Source: a virus. Taken from it: a stretch of DNA of 64,000 bases. How positions within the stretch are numbered: the stretch's first letter is position 1; each line of letters starts with the position of its first letter. A model generated the notes under the pieces. The model did not search any database and was not told the origin of the DNA. It was given only the letters and a program-made list of their open reading frames with translations. The stretch covers positions 1 to 64,000 of IMG/VR virus record IMGVR_UViG_3300026473_000477; one strand, 5' to 3'. Below, in pieces: positions 7,295 to 17,488 of the stretch. A program made the position numbers and the translations under genes.

Positions 7295-8199
7295 TGGACA
7301 GTAAATTAAGACGCTCCATATTGGAAAAATACGCTAAGGATGTTAAATCTGGGCTTTACCAAGCTGATGATTACCTTCCTCAGTCGAGTTCTTTGTATGA
7401 TAAGGCTTTAAATGCTAGAGATTTGGCTGAAGATACGCTTGCCAATGAAGTATTAAAGCAAACTGGCGTTCCAATTCCACAAAAAGGCGCATCAAAAGCT
7501 AAAATTGAGAACTTTCTCCAAGATTTAGTGAAAGAGCGTTACCCAGAATTGCCAGAAGGTGAGATTCAAGTAAGAAAGATGGAAAACTCCATGGGATCTT
7601 ACAATCCTGTCACTGGTATCATCTCTTTGGATGAGGATACAGTCAGAAGATCGCCACTTGAAACAACTTCTACCCTACTCCATGAGTCTGCTCACAAATA
7701 CGATAAAGATATTCTTGGAAAAAATCCTGATAATAATCTTAAAAACAAAGATTTAAGAAAAGCCTTCAAAGACTCATCTATTAATGTTAATACAGATTCA
7801 GCAGATTTGGCTGAGAAGCTACTTAAAGGTCATCATGCTGAAATTCCAAAATTAAGAGAAGGGTCATTTGGGTTAGGTGCGCTTAAATCAATGCTCAAGT
7901 CTGGAACTTTCAAAGGAATTGCTCCAGTTGCTTTGGCAGCAGCACTTTCTTCAGAAGATGCCTCGGCTTCGGACTTTATTCCAGTATTAGATCAGGCTGA
8001 GTCGGCTGGTAATCCTATGGATGATAAAATGATGATTGCTGAATCAAAAGCTAATCAAGATTATATGCGCTCTCCAGCTTCGGCTGACAAAAGAGGATAT
8101 AATAGAATAGGAGAACAAAAGTCTCCTGATATTATTGATGATGGCATGGAAGAAATTAGTAAAAGAAAACGTGCCTTATCTGATTATTTAAAGAAATAA
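7294..8199 (+). CDS. Zincin-like metallopeptidase-domain protein, possibly virion-internal
   Basis: MGSYNP...ISL...TLLHESAH (HExxH); in late unit. Confidence 0.6.
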   Translation: MDSKLRRSILEKYAKDVKSGLYQADDYLPQSSSLYDKALNARDLAEDTLANEVLKQTGVPIPQKGASKAKIENFLQDLVKERYPELPEGEIQVRKMENSMGSYNPVTGIISLDEDTVRRSPLETTSTLLHESAHKYDKDILGKNPDNNLKNKDLRKAFKDSSINVNTDSADLAEKLLKGHHAEIPKLREGSFGLGALKSMLKSGTFKGIAPVALAAALSSEDASASDFIPVLDQAESAGNPMDDKMMIAESKANQDYMRSPASADKRGYNRIGEQKSPDIIDDGMEEISKRKRALSDYLKK

Positions 8200-8214
8200 C
8201 GCTTTGCATTAGCG

Positions 8215-8236
8215 AATAATGCTATTATATAGTAAA
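8215..8236 (+). promoter_or_regulatory. Putative late promoter motif copy 3
   Basis: AATAATGCTATTATATAGTAAA. Confidence 0.7.
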
Positions 8237-8291
8237 CAACTCGAATAATAATCATACAATAGCTGAGTTATTATCGACATTGGAGAAAATC

Positions 8292-8645
8292 ATGAAAAAG
8301 TTCTTAGACTGTGTTCCAGTTCTATCTCTATTTTTATTTCTATTGTTATGCGCTTTTAATCCAGACAGTATTGGATCAGCTGTTGGACTAGTGGCAAGCT
8401 CTCTTCTATTTGCTTATCAGCAATGGTTATTTAAGCAAGAGTCTCCAGATTATTCTACTATTATTTCACAATTAGAATCAAAAGTCAATCAATTAGAATC
8501 TGACCATAAAAAAGACATTGGAAACTTGTCGCTAGAGGTCAATAAAGAGATTACCCAGCTTAGGGATTCTTTAAGCGGAGTTAACTTATCATCAACCAAA
8601 GTTACCACTATCGGTACTAAAGAAAAAAGTAGAATAACTTTTTAA
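8292..8645 (+). CDS. Membrane protein, two TM helices plus coiled coil
   Basis: Hydrophobic N-half; ATG 8292 preferred because of SD GGAG. Confidence 0.7.
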   Translation: MKKFLDCVPVLSLFLFLLLCAFNPDSIGSAVGLVASSLLFAYQQWLFKQESPDYSTIISQLESKVNQLESDHKKDIGNLSLEVNKEITQLRDSLSGVNLSSTKVTTIGTKEKSRITF

Positions 8646-8654
8646 AGGTTAATT

Positions 8655-9026
8655 ATGTCTGACGATATTAAAAATTATCCAGAAATACAAGCAATGGAAA
8701 TTGTCAAGCTTAAAAAACAAATTATTGATTTTGAAATTAAGCTGAAGAATTATGAATCTATATTAAAGGAAAACGATCTTATTGATGAGATAGATTTTTC
8801 CAATGTAAATACAGTTGAAGTAATTTGTGTGTCGGAAATTAATAAGCTAAAAGAAATCTCTGATAAGGGTGGACTTTTACCAGATGATGTTAAGATGCTT
8901 GATCTGTTACATAAAAATCTTTTATTGGCTAGAGGTAAGGAGCCAGAGAAGGCTAGTAAAGGAAAGAAAAAAGATAAGGTTGATGTCGGAGAGCTTCTTA
9001 GTATTGTAACTGGAGATAAGAAGTGA
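8655..9026 (+). CDS. Putative terminase small subunit
   Basis: Helical 123-aa protein upstream of HNH/TerL; assigned by position only. Confidence 0.4.
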   Translation: MSDDIKNYPEIQAMEIVKLKKQIIDFEIKLKNYESILKENDLIDEIDFSNVNTVEVICVSEINKLKEISDKGGLLPDDVKMLDLLHKNLLLARGKEPEKASKGKKKDKVDVGELLSIVTGDKK

Positions 9027-9766
9027 TACTGATAGAAAGAGTTAGCAACAGAGGATTTGTTTTAGGCTTTAATCAGGATAATCAGCTGGTAGCTAGAGAA
9101 TGTTCTAAGTGTAGAGAGTTTTTGCCTATATCAGAATTTAGTAAACATTCTTCTATAATTTTTGGAGTTTCCACTAAATGTAGAACTTGTTGTAAGGATA
9201 GAGAAAAATATAAGAAAAGTGTTAAATTAAGCTCTAAAAGATATTACCAAAAAAATAAAGAAAAAATAAAACTAAAAGTAAAAAAATACACGGAAGAGAA
9301 TAGAGATGAAGTTCTTAGGAAGAAAAGAGAGTATGGGAAATTAAGAAAATTTAACTTAAAGTGGAAAGAAAAATTTTCAAAAAAAAGAAACTTAACTACA
9401 AAAATGTGGAGACAAAAGAATCCAGATAAAGTAAAAGCTTATAATAAAAAATATAAGAACGAGAATAGAGAATTATGTACTAGAATTACTATGAGAAGGA
9501 TTTCTTCAAAGAGATCAAAATGCCTTAATTTACCTATTGAATTAAAAAACGAAACCGCAGAATATTCTATTATTGTTAAACAACTAAATAAATTGGCTGG
9601 TTATAGAAAGTACACCGTAGATCACATTGTACCATTAAATAATAAAGATGTATGTGGACTTCACGTTCCTTGGAATTTGCAGATATTAGAAAACAAATAT
9701 AACTGTTCAAAAAATAATAAATTTGATGGAACTTACGATAATGAATCTTGGAAGTTAGATTTATGA
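9023..9766 (+). CDS. HNH homing endonuclease (free-standing)
   Basis: CSKC...CRTC Zn motif, basic linker, VDHIVPL...[12 protein letters not shown]...NCSKNN. Confidence 0.9.
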   Translation: MILIERVSNRGFVLGFNQDNQLVARECSKCREFLPISEFSKHSSIIFGVSTKCRTCCKDREKYKKSVKLSSKRYYQKNKEKIKLKVKKYTEENRDEVLRKKREYGKLRKFNLKWKEKFSKKRNLTTKMWRQKNPDKVKAYNKKYKNENRELCTRITMRRISSKRSKCLNLPIELKNETAEYSIIVKQLNKLAGYRKYTVDHIVPLNNKDVCGLHVPWNLQILENKYNCSKNNKFDGTYDNESWKLDL

Positions 9767-11229
9767 AAAAGAAAAAAGAATTAAGTAAAGAACAGGCGAT
9801 TGATAATTTGTGGAGGCTTGGGATATTAGATTGGAAATTAAAAGAGCCACAAAAAATAATGAAAGCTAATATTCTTAATGATTCTAATAAAATTAGCGTA
9901 ATATTATCAAGTAGGAGAATTGGTAAAACATTTCTTATGTTAACTATGGCAATAGAAACATGTCTTCAAAAGCCGGGGTCTATTGTTAAGTATGCTTTTC
10001 CTAAACAAAACATGGCAAAAAAAATGCTTCTACCAGTTTGGAGAAAGATAGTCGAAGATTGTCCTAAAGATATATTACCAGAATACATGACTGCTGATAA
10101 GGTATTTAGGTTTCATAATGGAAGTGAGATTCAGATAAGTGGAACTGATAATGGAAATATAGAAAACCTCAGAGGAGGAGATTCTCATTTAAACATCCTA
10201 GATGAGGCGGGCTTCGTCTTTGATTTAACGTATGGCGTTAGATCCGTACTCGGTCCGACTACAAAAACAACAGGAGGAAGAACTATCTTAATTTCTACTC
10301 CATCAAGATCAGAAAATCATGAGTTTATTCAGGATTGGGTATTACCTTATCAAGCGGAAGGTAGAATTAAAGTCTTCACTATTTTCGATAATCCTAACTT
10401 AAATGCAGAAGCTATACAAGAAGCCCTTTCGGAATATCCTACTGGAGATAGAGATCCTTACTTTAGAAGAGAATATTTATGTGAAGTAATCAGATCAGCA
10501 GATCAAACTATATTACCATCATTTAGCACTGAAAATGAAAAAGTAATAGTAACAGATCAATTTGAAATTCCAAAGTTTAAAGACTGTTATGTTTCTATGG
10601 ATATTGGAGGATCAGACTTAACTGCCATCTTATTTGGTTATTATGATTATCTAAATGCCACTACAGTTATCCAAGATGAAATCATTATTGGAAAAGATGT
10701 TAATACTGAAAAAATAGCAAATTTAATAAAAGAAAAAGAAAAAGAACTATGGACTAATCCAATTGATATGGAAGCTATTCCTCCATACTTGAGGATTGCA
10801 GATAACAATAACCTAATTCTACTTACCGACTTACAAAGAGATCATGGTATTATATTCATCCCAACAAGAAAAGACAATCGAGAAGCTGCCATCAATTCCC
10901 TTGATGTCGCAATTTCCCAGCATAAAATAATAGTACATCCCAAGTGTGAGCATACAATTTACCACATGAAATTTGCTGAATGGGATAAGAATCGCAGTAA
11001 ATTCAAAAACTTGAAAGATTCTCCTAGTGGCAAGATTAAGGGTGGTCACGCTGATGCTCTGGCTGCTTTAATTTACTTACATCGAAATGTTATTAAGTCT
11101 AAGAACCCATATCCTTTAAATTACAATAGTTTGCAAGGAAATAACGTACATGTTTCGACTAAGCCAAATGACTCAAGTGATGGAAATGACTTGAAATCTT
11201 GGATGAAAAGTGCTTTTAAAAAGAAATAA
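9763..11229 (+). CDS. terL: Terminase large subunit
   Basis: Walker A SRRIGKT, Walker B ILDEAG, coupling motif ISTP, nuclease MDIGG...HADALAA; ATG 9763 overlaps HNH stop (ATGA). Confidence 0.93.
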   Translation: MKKKKELSKEQAIDNLWRLGILDWKLKEPQKIMKANILNDSNKISVILSSRRIGKTFLMLTMAIETCLQKPGSIVKYAFPKQNMAKKMLLPVWRKIVEDCPKDILPEYMTADKVFRFHNGSEIQISGTDNGNIENLRGGDSHLNILDEAGFVFDLTYGVRSVLGPTTKTTGGRTILISTPSRSENHEFIQDWVLPYQAEGRIKVFTIFDNPNLNAEAIQEALSEYPTGDRDPYFRREYLCEVIRSADQTILPSFSTENEKVIVTDQFEIPKFKDCYVSMDIGGSDLTAILFGYYDYLNATTVIQDEIIIGKDVNTEKIANLIKEKEKELWTNPIDMEAIPPYLRIADNNNLILLTDLQRDHGIIFIPTRKDNREAAINSLDVAISQHKIIVHPKCEHTIYHMKFAEWDKNRSKFKNLKDSPSGKIKGGHADALAALIYLHRNVIKSKNPYPLNYNSLQGNNVHVSTKPNDSSDGNDLKSWMKSAFKKK

Positions 11230-11245
11230 GGAAAATAAATCCTGT

Positions 11246-11267
11246 AATATCGCTATTATATAGTATA
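11246..11267 (+). promoter_or_regulatory. Putative late promoter motif copy 4
   Basis: AATATCGCTATTATATAGTATA. Confidence 0.75.
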
Positions 11268-11289
11268 GCCAATTCTAAAGGAAAGTCAA

Positions 11290-13428
11290 ATGCTAAGAGA
11301 TGAAAGTTTATATTTTGGGGACGATACTCCTGAAAATTTAGTAAGTTATCTGGAGCATAAGTCTGGTAGCTGGTTTGACGGACTCATCGACACTAACTAC
11401 ATTGACAAAATCAAAAGAAGCTGGCTTTCTTATTATGGCATATATTACGAAAATGGTCACGCTATTTCTTATGGTGGCGAAACTGGCGAATTAGTTAATT
11501 TAGCAGTAAACCACTATCGTAACATTGCTGAACACATGTTAACAATGGTTACTTCTACTCGTCCAGCTTTTGAAGCTAGATCAATTAATACAGACGCTAA
11601 ATCCCAGATTCAAACAAACCTTGCCAACGGTCTTCTTGAGTATTATATGAGAGAAAAAAGACTTGAGCAAGACTTAAAGAAAGCCGTAGAATACGCTATT
11701 GTAATGGGTTCTGGATTTATTAAAATGTCTTGGAACGATACTACTGGCGAGATTCGTGGAGAAATTCCGGCTGAGTATGAAATTCAAGTTGATGAAAATG
11801 GTGATCCTGTACTAGATTTTGATGGTACTCCAGTTTACGCTGTTGATGAAAATGGAGACTTAATTGAAAAAATATCAGCATTTCCAATTTATGAGGGTGA
11901 TGTTGAGTTTGATGTATTATCTCCATTTGACGTTGTATTTGACTCTTCTCGTAACAATTCAAAACACGATTGGCAACTTTGTCGATCATTTAAAAATAAA
12001 TTTGATTTAGCTGCAAAATATCCCGACTTAGCTGAAGACATTAAAGCTCTTAAGACTAAAGATGAAATTTACGGCTCAACAATGTCAATTACTCCATTTG
12101 ACAAAACATACGATGTTCCAGTTTATGAGTTCTTTCATAAGCCAACGGAAGCTCTACCAAGAGGTCGTTATGTTATCTATCTATCAAAAGATATTATTCT
12201 AAGTGATACAGTTCTTCCATATAAAAATCTTCCAATCTTTAGAATTACTCCTTCAGAAGTTTTAGGTACAGCTTTTGGTTATACTTCAATGTTTGATCTA
12301 TTGCCACTTCAGGATGCAGTAAACTCACTTTACTCAACTATTCTAACTAACCAATCTAACTTTGGAGTGCAGAACGTATATTCAGAAAGAGGTTCGGATA
12401 TTAGAGTTGAGCAGATTCAAGGTGGAATGAATTTTATCCAAGGTAATCCTGGATTTAATCCTCCAATTCCTTTAAATCTAACAAATACTCCAGCTGAGAT
12501 TTTCAACTTTGTTAAGCAGCTTGAAAATGCCATGGAAACTATTTCTGGTATTAACTCAGTAGCTAGAGGTAATCCTGAGAAGTCTCTTCAATCTGGTAAT
12601 GCATTAGCTCTTATCCAATCACAAGCATTACAATTTATTTCTGGACTACAACAGTCTTATATTCAGCTTATTGAAGATGTTGGAACAAATCTTTTCGATA
12701 TGCTTAAGTCATTTGCCAAAGTTCCAAGAGTAGCAAATATTGCTGGTAAATCTAATGCTACTTTAATGAAAGAATTTAATAACGATGACTTATCGTCTAT
12801 TAATAGAGTTATCGTAAACGCTGGTAATGCCCTTGCTCAGACTACTGCTGGTAGAGTTGAAATGGCATCTCAAATGATGCAGATGGGAATTATTACTACT
12901 CCGGAGCAATATATCTCGGTTATTAACACTGGTAAACTTGAAACGATGACTGAAGGTCAGAATAAAGAGTTACTACTTGTTAGAGCCGAAAGAGAACGTC
13001 TAATTGATGGAACTCTTCCAGTTATGGCAGTATTAACAGATAACCATTCTCTTCACATTAGAGAACACGCTGCTGTTATTGCTGATCCAGATTTACGTAT
13101 GGATGCTGAGTTAGTTCAAAGAACTCTTGCTCACATTCAAGAACATATTGATTTATTGTCTGATCCAAATGTTGCTAATATTTTATCTATGCTCGGACAG
13201 CAGCCATTATCTAATGGTACTCCTAATTCTTTAGATAATTTAAAAACAGAACAGCCTAATAATCAAGGTCAATCTGAAATTATAAATACTCTTGAAAATA
13301 CAATATCTCAAGATGCTTCGGTAAATCAACAACTAAATCTACCTAATGTGGCGACGCCAGCAGGATCAGGAACTATATTACCAGAACAGCCTACAACTCC
13401 TAGTGAATTATTTTTAAGGAATACTTAA
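11290..13428 (+). CDS. Portal protein (P22-like)
   Basis: 712 aa after TerL; GSGFIKMSW, VLSPFDVVFD, ETISGINSVARG, SGNAL motifs. Confidence 0.88.
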   Translation: MLRDESLYFGDDTPENLVSYLEHKSGSWFDGLIDTNYIDKIKRSWLSYYGIYYENGHAISYGGETGELVNLAVNHYRNIAEHMLTMVTSTRPAFEARSINTDAKSQIQTNLANGLLEYYMREKRLEQDLKKAVEYAIVMGSGFIKMSWNDTTGEIRGEIPAEYEIQVDENGDPVLDFDGTPVYAVDENGDLIEKISAFPIYEGDVEFDVLSPFDVVFDSSRNNSKHDWQLCRSFKNKFDLAAKYPDLAEDIKALKTKDEIYGSTMSITPFDKTYDVPVYEFFHKPTEALPRGRYVIYLSKDIILSDTVLPYKNLPIFRITPSEVLGTAFGYTSMFDLLPLQDAVNSLYSTILTNQSNFGVQNVYSERGSDIRVEQIQGGMNFIQGNPGFNPPIPLNLTNTPAEIFNFVKQLENAMETISGINSVARGNPEKSLQSGNALALIQSQALQFISGLQQSYIQLIEDVGTNLFDMLKSFAKVPRVANIAGKSNATLMKEFNNDDLSSINRVIVNAGNALAQTTAGRVEMASQMMQMGIITTPEQYISVINTGKLETMTEGQNKELLLVRAERERLIDGTLPVMAVLTDNHSLHIREHAAVIADPDLRMDAELVQRTLAHIQEHIDLLSDPNVANILSMLGQQPLSNGTPNSLDNLKTEQPNNQGQSEIINTLENTISQDASVNQQLNLPNVATPAGSGTILPEQPTTPSELFLRNT

Positions 13429-14192
13429 TGTTTATTTATAAAATAACTAATAACATTAATGGAAAAATATATATAGGTCAAACTATATTATCTATATTTC
13501 GTAGATTTAAAAAACATAAAAGAGATGCAAATAATGGAAGTACTACCGTATTTCATAATGCACTAAGAAAATACGGAAATAATAATTTTACAGTAGAGGA
13601 AATTGGTGGAGCAAATAGCAAATCCGAATTAAATTATATGGAAATATTTTACATTCATAAATATAATAGTCTACATCCTAATGGCTATAATCTAGCATTG
13701 GGACAAAAAGTTCACAAAAGAACTAAAGATATTCTTAAAAAAAGAAAGCTAAATAAAGAAGTACAAAAATTAATGACTATACAAGCTAAAAAAGTAACAA
13801 GCATACCTATTATTTTAGAAAAAAATGGAAACATAATTAAACTAGAATGTATATCAGATTGTAAAGATTTTGGAATATGTCCAATTAAAGTATCTCAGAT
13901 TTTAAATGGTACTACATTTTATAGAAAATTAAAAGGATATGATATTAGGTATGCGAATAAAGATAGTAAAAAAAGAAAAACTACAATATATAGAGGAAGA
14001 GTTAGTAGATTGGATAGGACTACTGGAGAAATTAAGATATATAACAGTTTGAAAGATGTTGCTTTAGATGGATTTAGCTCTACAACAATATGTAAGTATA
14101 TAAGAAAAGGAAAACCAAATAGAACAAATTATGAATGGAACTATATAGATAACGAAGATTATTATGACGTTCCTTATATAAAAAATTCATAG
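13428..14192 (+). CDS. GIY-YIG homing endonuclease with NUMOD1-like C-terminal modules
   Basis: MFIYKITNNINGKIYIGQT...R...H...E...NGYN. Confidence 0.92.
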   Translation: MFIYKITNNINGKIYIGQTILSIFRRFKKHKRDANNGSTTVFHNALRKYGNNNFTVEEIGGANSKSELNYMEIFYIHKYNSLHPNGYNLALGQKVHKRTKDILKKRKLNKEVQKLMTIQAKKVTSIPIILEKNGNIIKLECISDCKDFGICPIKVSQILNGTTFYRKLKGYDIRYANKDSKKRKTTIYRGRVSRLDRTTGEIKIYNSLKDVALDGFSSTTICKYIRKGKPNRTNYEWNYIDNEDYYDVPYIKNS

Positions 14193-14200
14193 GAGATTTT

Positions 14201-14245
14201 ATGAAAAAGAAATGCGGAAAAGGTAAAGGAAAAAAAGGGAAGTAA
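14201..14245 (+). CDS. 14-aa lysine-rich peptide MKKKCGKGKGKKGK
   Basis: SD AGGAG, fills the gap exactly. Confidence 0.5.
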   Translation: MKKKCGKGKGKKGK

Positions 14246-14247
14246 CA

Positions 14248-14403
14248 ATGCCTATTAAGTCGAAAAAACAGCAACGTCTTATGTACGCAACTCTAAATGG
14301 AACTGACACAGGAGTTCCTAAGAAAGTAGCTGAAGAGATGATTAAAGCTACTCCAAAAAAGAGATTTGCTAAACTTAAAGAAGCAGTTAAAGGAAAAAAA
14401 TGA
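14248..14403 (+). CDS. Small basic protein (MPxKSKxQQRxM type, 51 aa), not in ORF track
   Basis: MPIKSKKQQRLMYATLNGTDTGVPKKVAEEMIKATPKKRFAKLKEAVKGKK; ATGA overlap with next gene. Confidence 0.75.
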   Translation: MPIKSKKQQRLMYATLNGTDTGVPKKVAEEMIKATPKKRFAKLKEAVKGKK

Positions 14404-14615
14404 AAAAGAATCTTTGGCAACAAATTGGAAGAGATGTTCCTAATATGCCTTCCCAATGTGAAGAATGTGGAGAAGAGTCTGCTAACTGTGAATGTGAGAA
14501 AGAAAAAAAGCCAGTTAATAAAGATTCAATATTTAAGAAGCTTTCGGATAGATTAATTGGAGATAAGAATCTCGGTGAAGTAATTACCGATCAAGCTAAG
14601 AAATATAAAAAGTAA
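14400..14615 (+). CDS. Small Cys-motif protein
   Basis: CEECG...CEC; coupled to upstream gene. Confidence 0.65.
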   Translation: MKKNLWQQIGRDVPNMPSQCEECGEESANCECEKEKKPVNKDSIFKKLSDRLIGDKNLGEVITDQAKKYKK

Positions 14616-14687
14616 ATAAATAATTAATAGGCATATCTCAATAACGAGACTGCCAACTCGCTATATACAAACTAGCAAGGAGTATTT

Positions 14688-15665
14688 ATGTCAGAAGAAA
14701 ATTCAGTACCATCAGAAGAAGTAGTAAGTGAAGAAGTTTCCCAAGAAGGAGATCAATCACTAGAAGCTTCGCAAGAAGAATCATCACAAGATTCTCAGCC
14801 AACAGAAAGAGAGCAATTACAAGATGCTGTAGAAACAGCTCTTGCTAATGGCGCATCAGAGAAGCAAGTTCAAAATCTTATCAAGAAGTTCCAACTAAAA
14901 GTTAATGGAAAAGTTATTGATAAAGAGATTGATCTTTCTGATGAGAAGACTTTAAAGAATGAACTACAACTAGCTGCTGCTGCTCGTCAATCAATTGCAG
15001 AAGCTAATAACCTTAAGAAAATGTTTGAGTCGGAATTTGGAAGACTTAAGAATGATCCATTTTCAGTTTTAGCTGAACTTGGACTTGATCCAGATCAATT
15101 GGCAGAAGCTAGACTTAGACAGAGAGTTGAGGAGCTTAAGAAATCTCCTGAGCAAATTGAGCAAGAGAAGATTCGCAAAGAATTAGAAGAAGCTAGACAA
15201 GAAGCTAAGAGACTTAAAGAAGAGAAAGAAGCTATTGAGTTTGCTAAACTTCAAGAACAAGCTGCTGTTGAGATTGAAGATGAAATTCTTACAGCTTTAG
15301 ATGCTCATAAGACTCTACCTAAAACTCGCCACATTACTAAAAGAATTGCAGATTCACTACTTTGGGCTATTGACAATGGATTTCCAAATGCAACAGCTGA
15401 AGACGTTATTCCAATGGTAGAAAAAGAGTGGAGAGAGGAAATTGGCGATCTTATGGATGGTTCTCCAGAAGAGTTATTAGAGGCTATTATCGGTAAAAGA
15501 AACATTGAAAGACTGATGGCGAAGAAAGCTCCAAAGCTTCCTGCTAAAGTACCTTCACTTAATCAAATCAAGCCTACAACTGCTTCTGTTGCTTCCAGTA
15601 AAGAGCAGCCAAAGAAAAAGATTTCAAGTAGGGAATTTTTCAATAACTTAGGTAAAAAGAAGTAA
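14688..15665 (+). CDS. Capsid scaffolding protein
   Basis: Acidic N-terminus, LKVNG motif, coiled coil, basic C-terminus; lies between portal and capsid genes. Confidence 0.8.
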   Translation: MSEENSVPSEEVVSEEVSQEGDQSLEASQEESSQDSQPTEREQLQDAVETALANGASEKQVQNLIKKFQLKVNGKVIDKEIDLSDEKTLKNELQLAAAARQSIAEANNLKKMFESEFGRLKNDPFSVLAELGLDPDQLAEARLRQRVEELKKSPEQIEQEKIRKELEEARQEAKRLKEEKEAIEFAKLQEQAAVEIEDEILTALDAHKTLPKTRHITKRIADSLLWAIDNGFPNATAEDVIPMVEKEWREEIGDLMDGSPEELLEAIIGKRNIERLMAKKAPKLPAKVPSLNQIKPTTASVASSKEQPKKKISSREFFNNLGKKK

Positions 15666-15729
15666 GTTAACTAGTTGATTTTAAAGGAATATTTAATTTT
15701 TATTAGCGATAGAGTAAATAAAGTATTGA

Positions 15730-15750
15730 AATATCGCTATTATTAGTATA
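15730..15750 (+). promoter_or_regulatory. Putative late promoter motif copy 5
   Basis: AATATCGCTATTATTAGTATA. Confidence 0.7.
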
Positions 15751-15866
15751 TGTGATCGATATTTTGCATAGCTTTTACAGACTTTGAATATCCTCGGACT
15801 TCAAATATCTCAAAAGTGAAAGAATTATTGAAAATATATAGTAACGATAAAACAAAGGAAATTAAA

Positions 15867-16145
15867 ATGGCTAAATATGCCTTAACAGACGCAGGATTAC
15901 AGAACATTGAAACTAAAACTGTAACCCTTTTAGATGCTGCTGCTAATATCGGTAACTTCGATACTAACGCAATCACTATCCCTGCTGCTAACCTTCCTGC
16001 TGACTCTGTAGAGAGATTGGTAGTTCTTGGTACAGACGGAGAAGCTATTGAGTATACTATCGTTGATAACGAAATTGTCATCGGTTCAGTTTCAACTCCA
16101 GTATCAAACGATACAGTATTACTAATTATCATTAAACTTAAGTAA
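15867..16145 (+). CDS. Putative capsid decoration/cement protein
   Basis: ATG 15867 with SD AAGGA; beta-rich, codon bias like the capsid gene, immediately upstream of it. Confidence 0.55.
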   Translation: MAKYALTDAGLQNIETKTVTLLDAAANIGNFDTNAITIPAANLPADSVERLVVLGTDGEAIEYTIVDNEIVIGSVSTPVSNDTVLLIIIKLK

Positions 16146-16170
16146 TTTAAGCTAAACAAAGGAAAACACA

Positions 16171-17433
16171 ATGTCACAACAAGTTAACACGGTCCAAACG
16201 CTAGATGGACATTTTAAAGAAATCTATGCTCCAATGATCAGAGATCTAGTACCTGAAGGATTTAAAGTTCTTTCTATGGTTGATTTCTCATCTGCTGAAA
16301 AACAACTCGGTCAATCATATAATCAACCAGTAACTCTTGGATTAGAGCATGGTATTACTTATGGTGGATCTGAAGGTGTTGCATTCCTTCTTAACGCTGC
16401 TGTTGCTACTCCAAACAGAAATGCTAACGTATCTGGATCAGAAATGGTTCTCGTATCTGCAATCTCTGTTGGTGCTGCTTCAAGATCAGTTTCTAAGAAA
16501 GGTGCATTTGAGCAAGAAACAAAAAGACTAGTTCAAAACATGCTCAAGTCTACTCAAACAAGACTTGAAATCCAACTTATGTATGGTCAAGTTGGTATCG
16601 CTAAAGTTAAATCTGTTTCAGGAAACATCATCTCTATTTGTGATGCTGAATGGGCTGCTGGTATCTGGTCTGGATCGAAAAACGCTCCACTAGAAATCAG
16701 ATCTCAAGCTGGTGTTCTTAGAGGTTACTGTAACGTAAGTAAGCCATCTCTTGCTAATAAGACTGTTGAAGTTGATTTAGTTCCAGCTGGTGTTACTGGT
16801 AACGCTGATCCAGAAAATGCTGCTGCTGACGTTATTTACTTCAAAGGTGCTTACGGTAAAGAATTTGCTGGTCTTCATAAGATCATCACTTCTGAAGGTA
16901 CACTATTTGGAATTGATACAGCTGAACATGACCTTTTCAAAGGTAACACTGTTCCAGTTGGAACAAACGCTACATCTGGTGCTGACTTCATCTCTTTCGA
17001 GAAGATTGAAGATTCTATCGCTCTTGCTATGGAAAAAGGCTTAACTGAAGAAACTGTTGTTGCTCTAGTTAACCCTAAACACTGGAACAAGCTAATGACT
17101 GACCAAGCTGCTAAGAGACAATACGATCAGTCGTACTCTTCTGACAAGCTTGAGCAAGGTACAACTAAACTAGTATTCCACGGACAAAACGGATTGATCG
17201 AAGTTCACGCTTCTCTTTACGTTAAAGAAGGGTATGCTTATGTATTCCCACCGAAGGAACTTGAGAGAATTGGATCAAGTGACATCACTTTTGACAGGCC
17301 AGGAATGGAAGGTAAATTCTTCAGAGAAATGGATTCTGCAATGGGTTATGAATTAAGATGTTATTGCGATCAGGCGCTCTTTACATCCGCGCCGGGCAAA
17401 ATGACTGTACTCAAGTACATCAAAGTAGCTTAA
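16171..17433 (+). CDS. Major capsid protein (HK97 fold, P22-like with insertion domain)
   Basis: 420 aa, strong codon bias, position after scaffold, followed by terminator. Confidence 0.85.
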   Translation: MSQQVNTVQTLDGHFKEIYAPMIRDLVPEGFKVLSMVDFSSAEKQLGQSYNQPVTLGLEHGITYGGSEGVAFLLNAAVATPNRNANVSGSEMVLVSAISVGAASRSVSKKGAFEQETKRLVQNMLKSTQTRLEIQLMYGQVGIAKVKSVSGNIISICDAEWAAGIWSGSKNAPLEIRSQAGVLRGYCNVSKPSLANKTVEVDLVPAGVTGNADPENAAADVIYFKGAYGKEFAGLHKIITSEGTLFGIDTAEHDLFKGNTVPVGTNATSGADFISFEKIEDSIALAMEKGLTEETVVALVNPKHWNKLMTDQAAKRQYDQSYSSDKLEQGTTKLVFHGQNGLIEVHASLYVKEGYAYVFPPKELERIGSSDITFDRPGMEGKFFREMDSAMGYELRCYCDQALFTSAPGKMTVLKYIKVA

Positions 17434-17457
17434 GCTTTTCAAACACCTATCTAGTGG

Positions 17458-17488
17458 CAAAGCCTCCGTTCAGGGGGCTTTGTTTTTT
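17458..17488 (+). terminator. Intrinsic terminator between capsid gene and convergent RNA ligase gene
   Basis: CAAAGCCTCC-GTTCA-GGGGGCTTTG-TTTTTT. Confidence 0.85.

Noticed and set aside
11554-11562. TCTACTCGT in the portal gene as target of the ncRNA 1 loop
   Set aside because: Only 9 nt, mid-CDS, expected by chance
9023-14192. Group I introns carrying the HNH or GIY-YIG genes
   Set aside because: Flanking genes are intact and overlap the endonuclease ORFs directly, leaving no room for intron core elements
15816-15866. GTG start at 15816 for the gene before the capsid gene
   Set aside because: Lies in the structured leader; ATG 15867 has the SD
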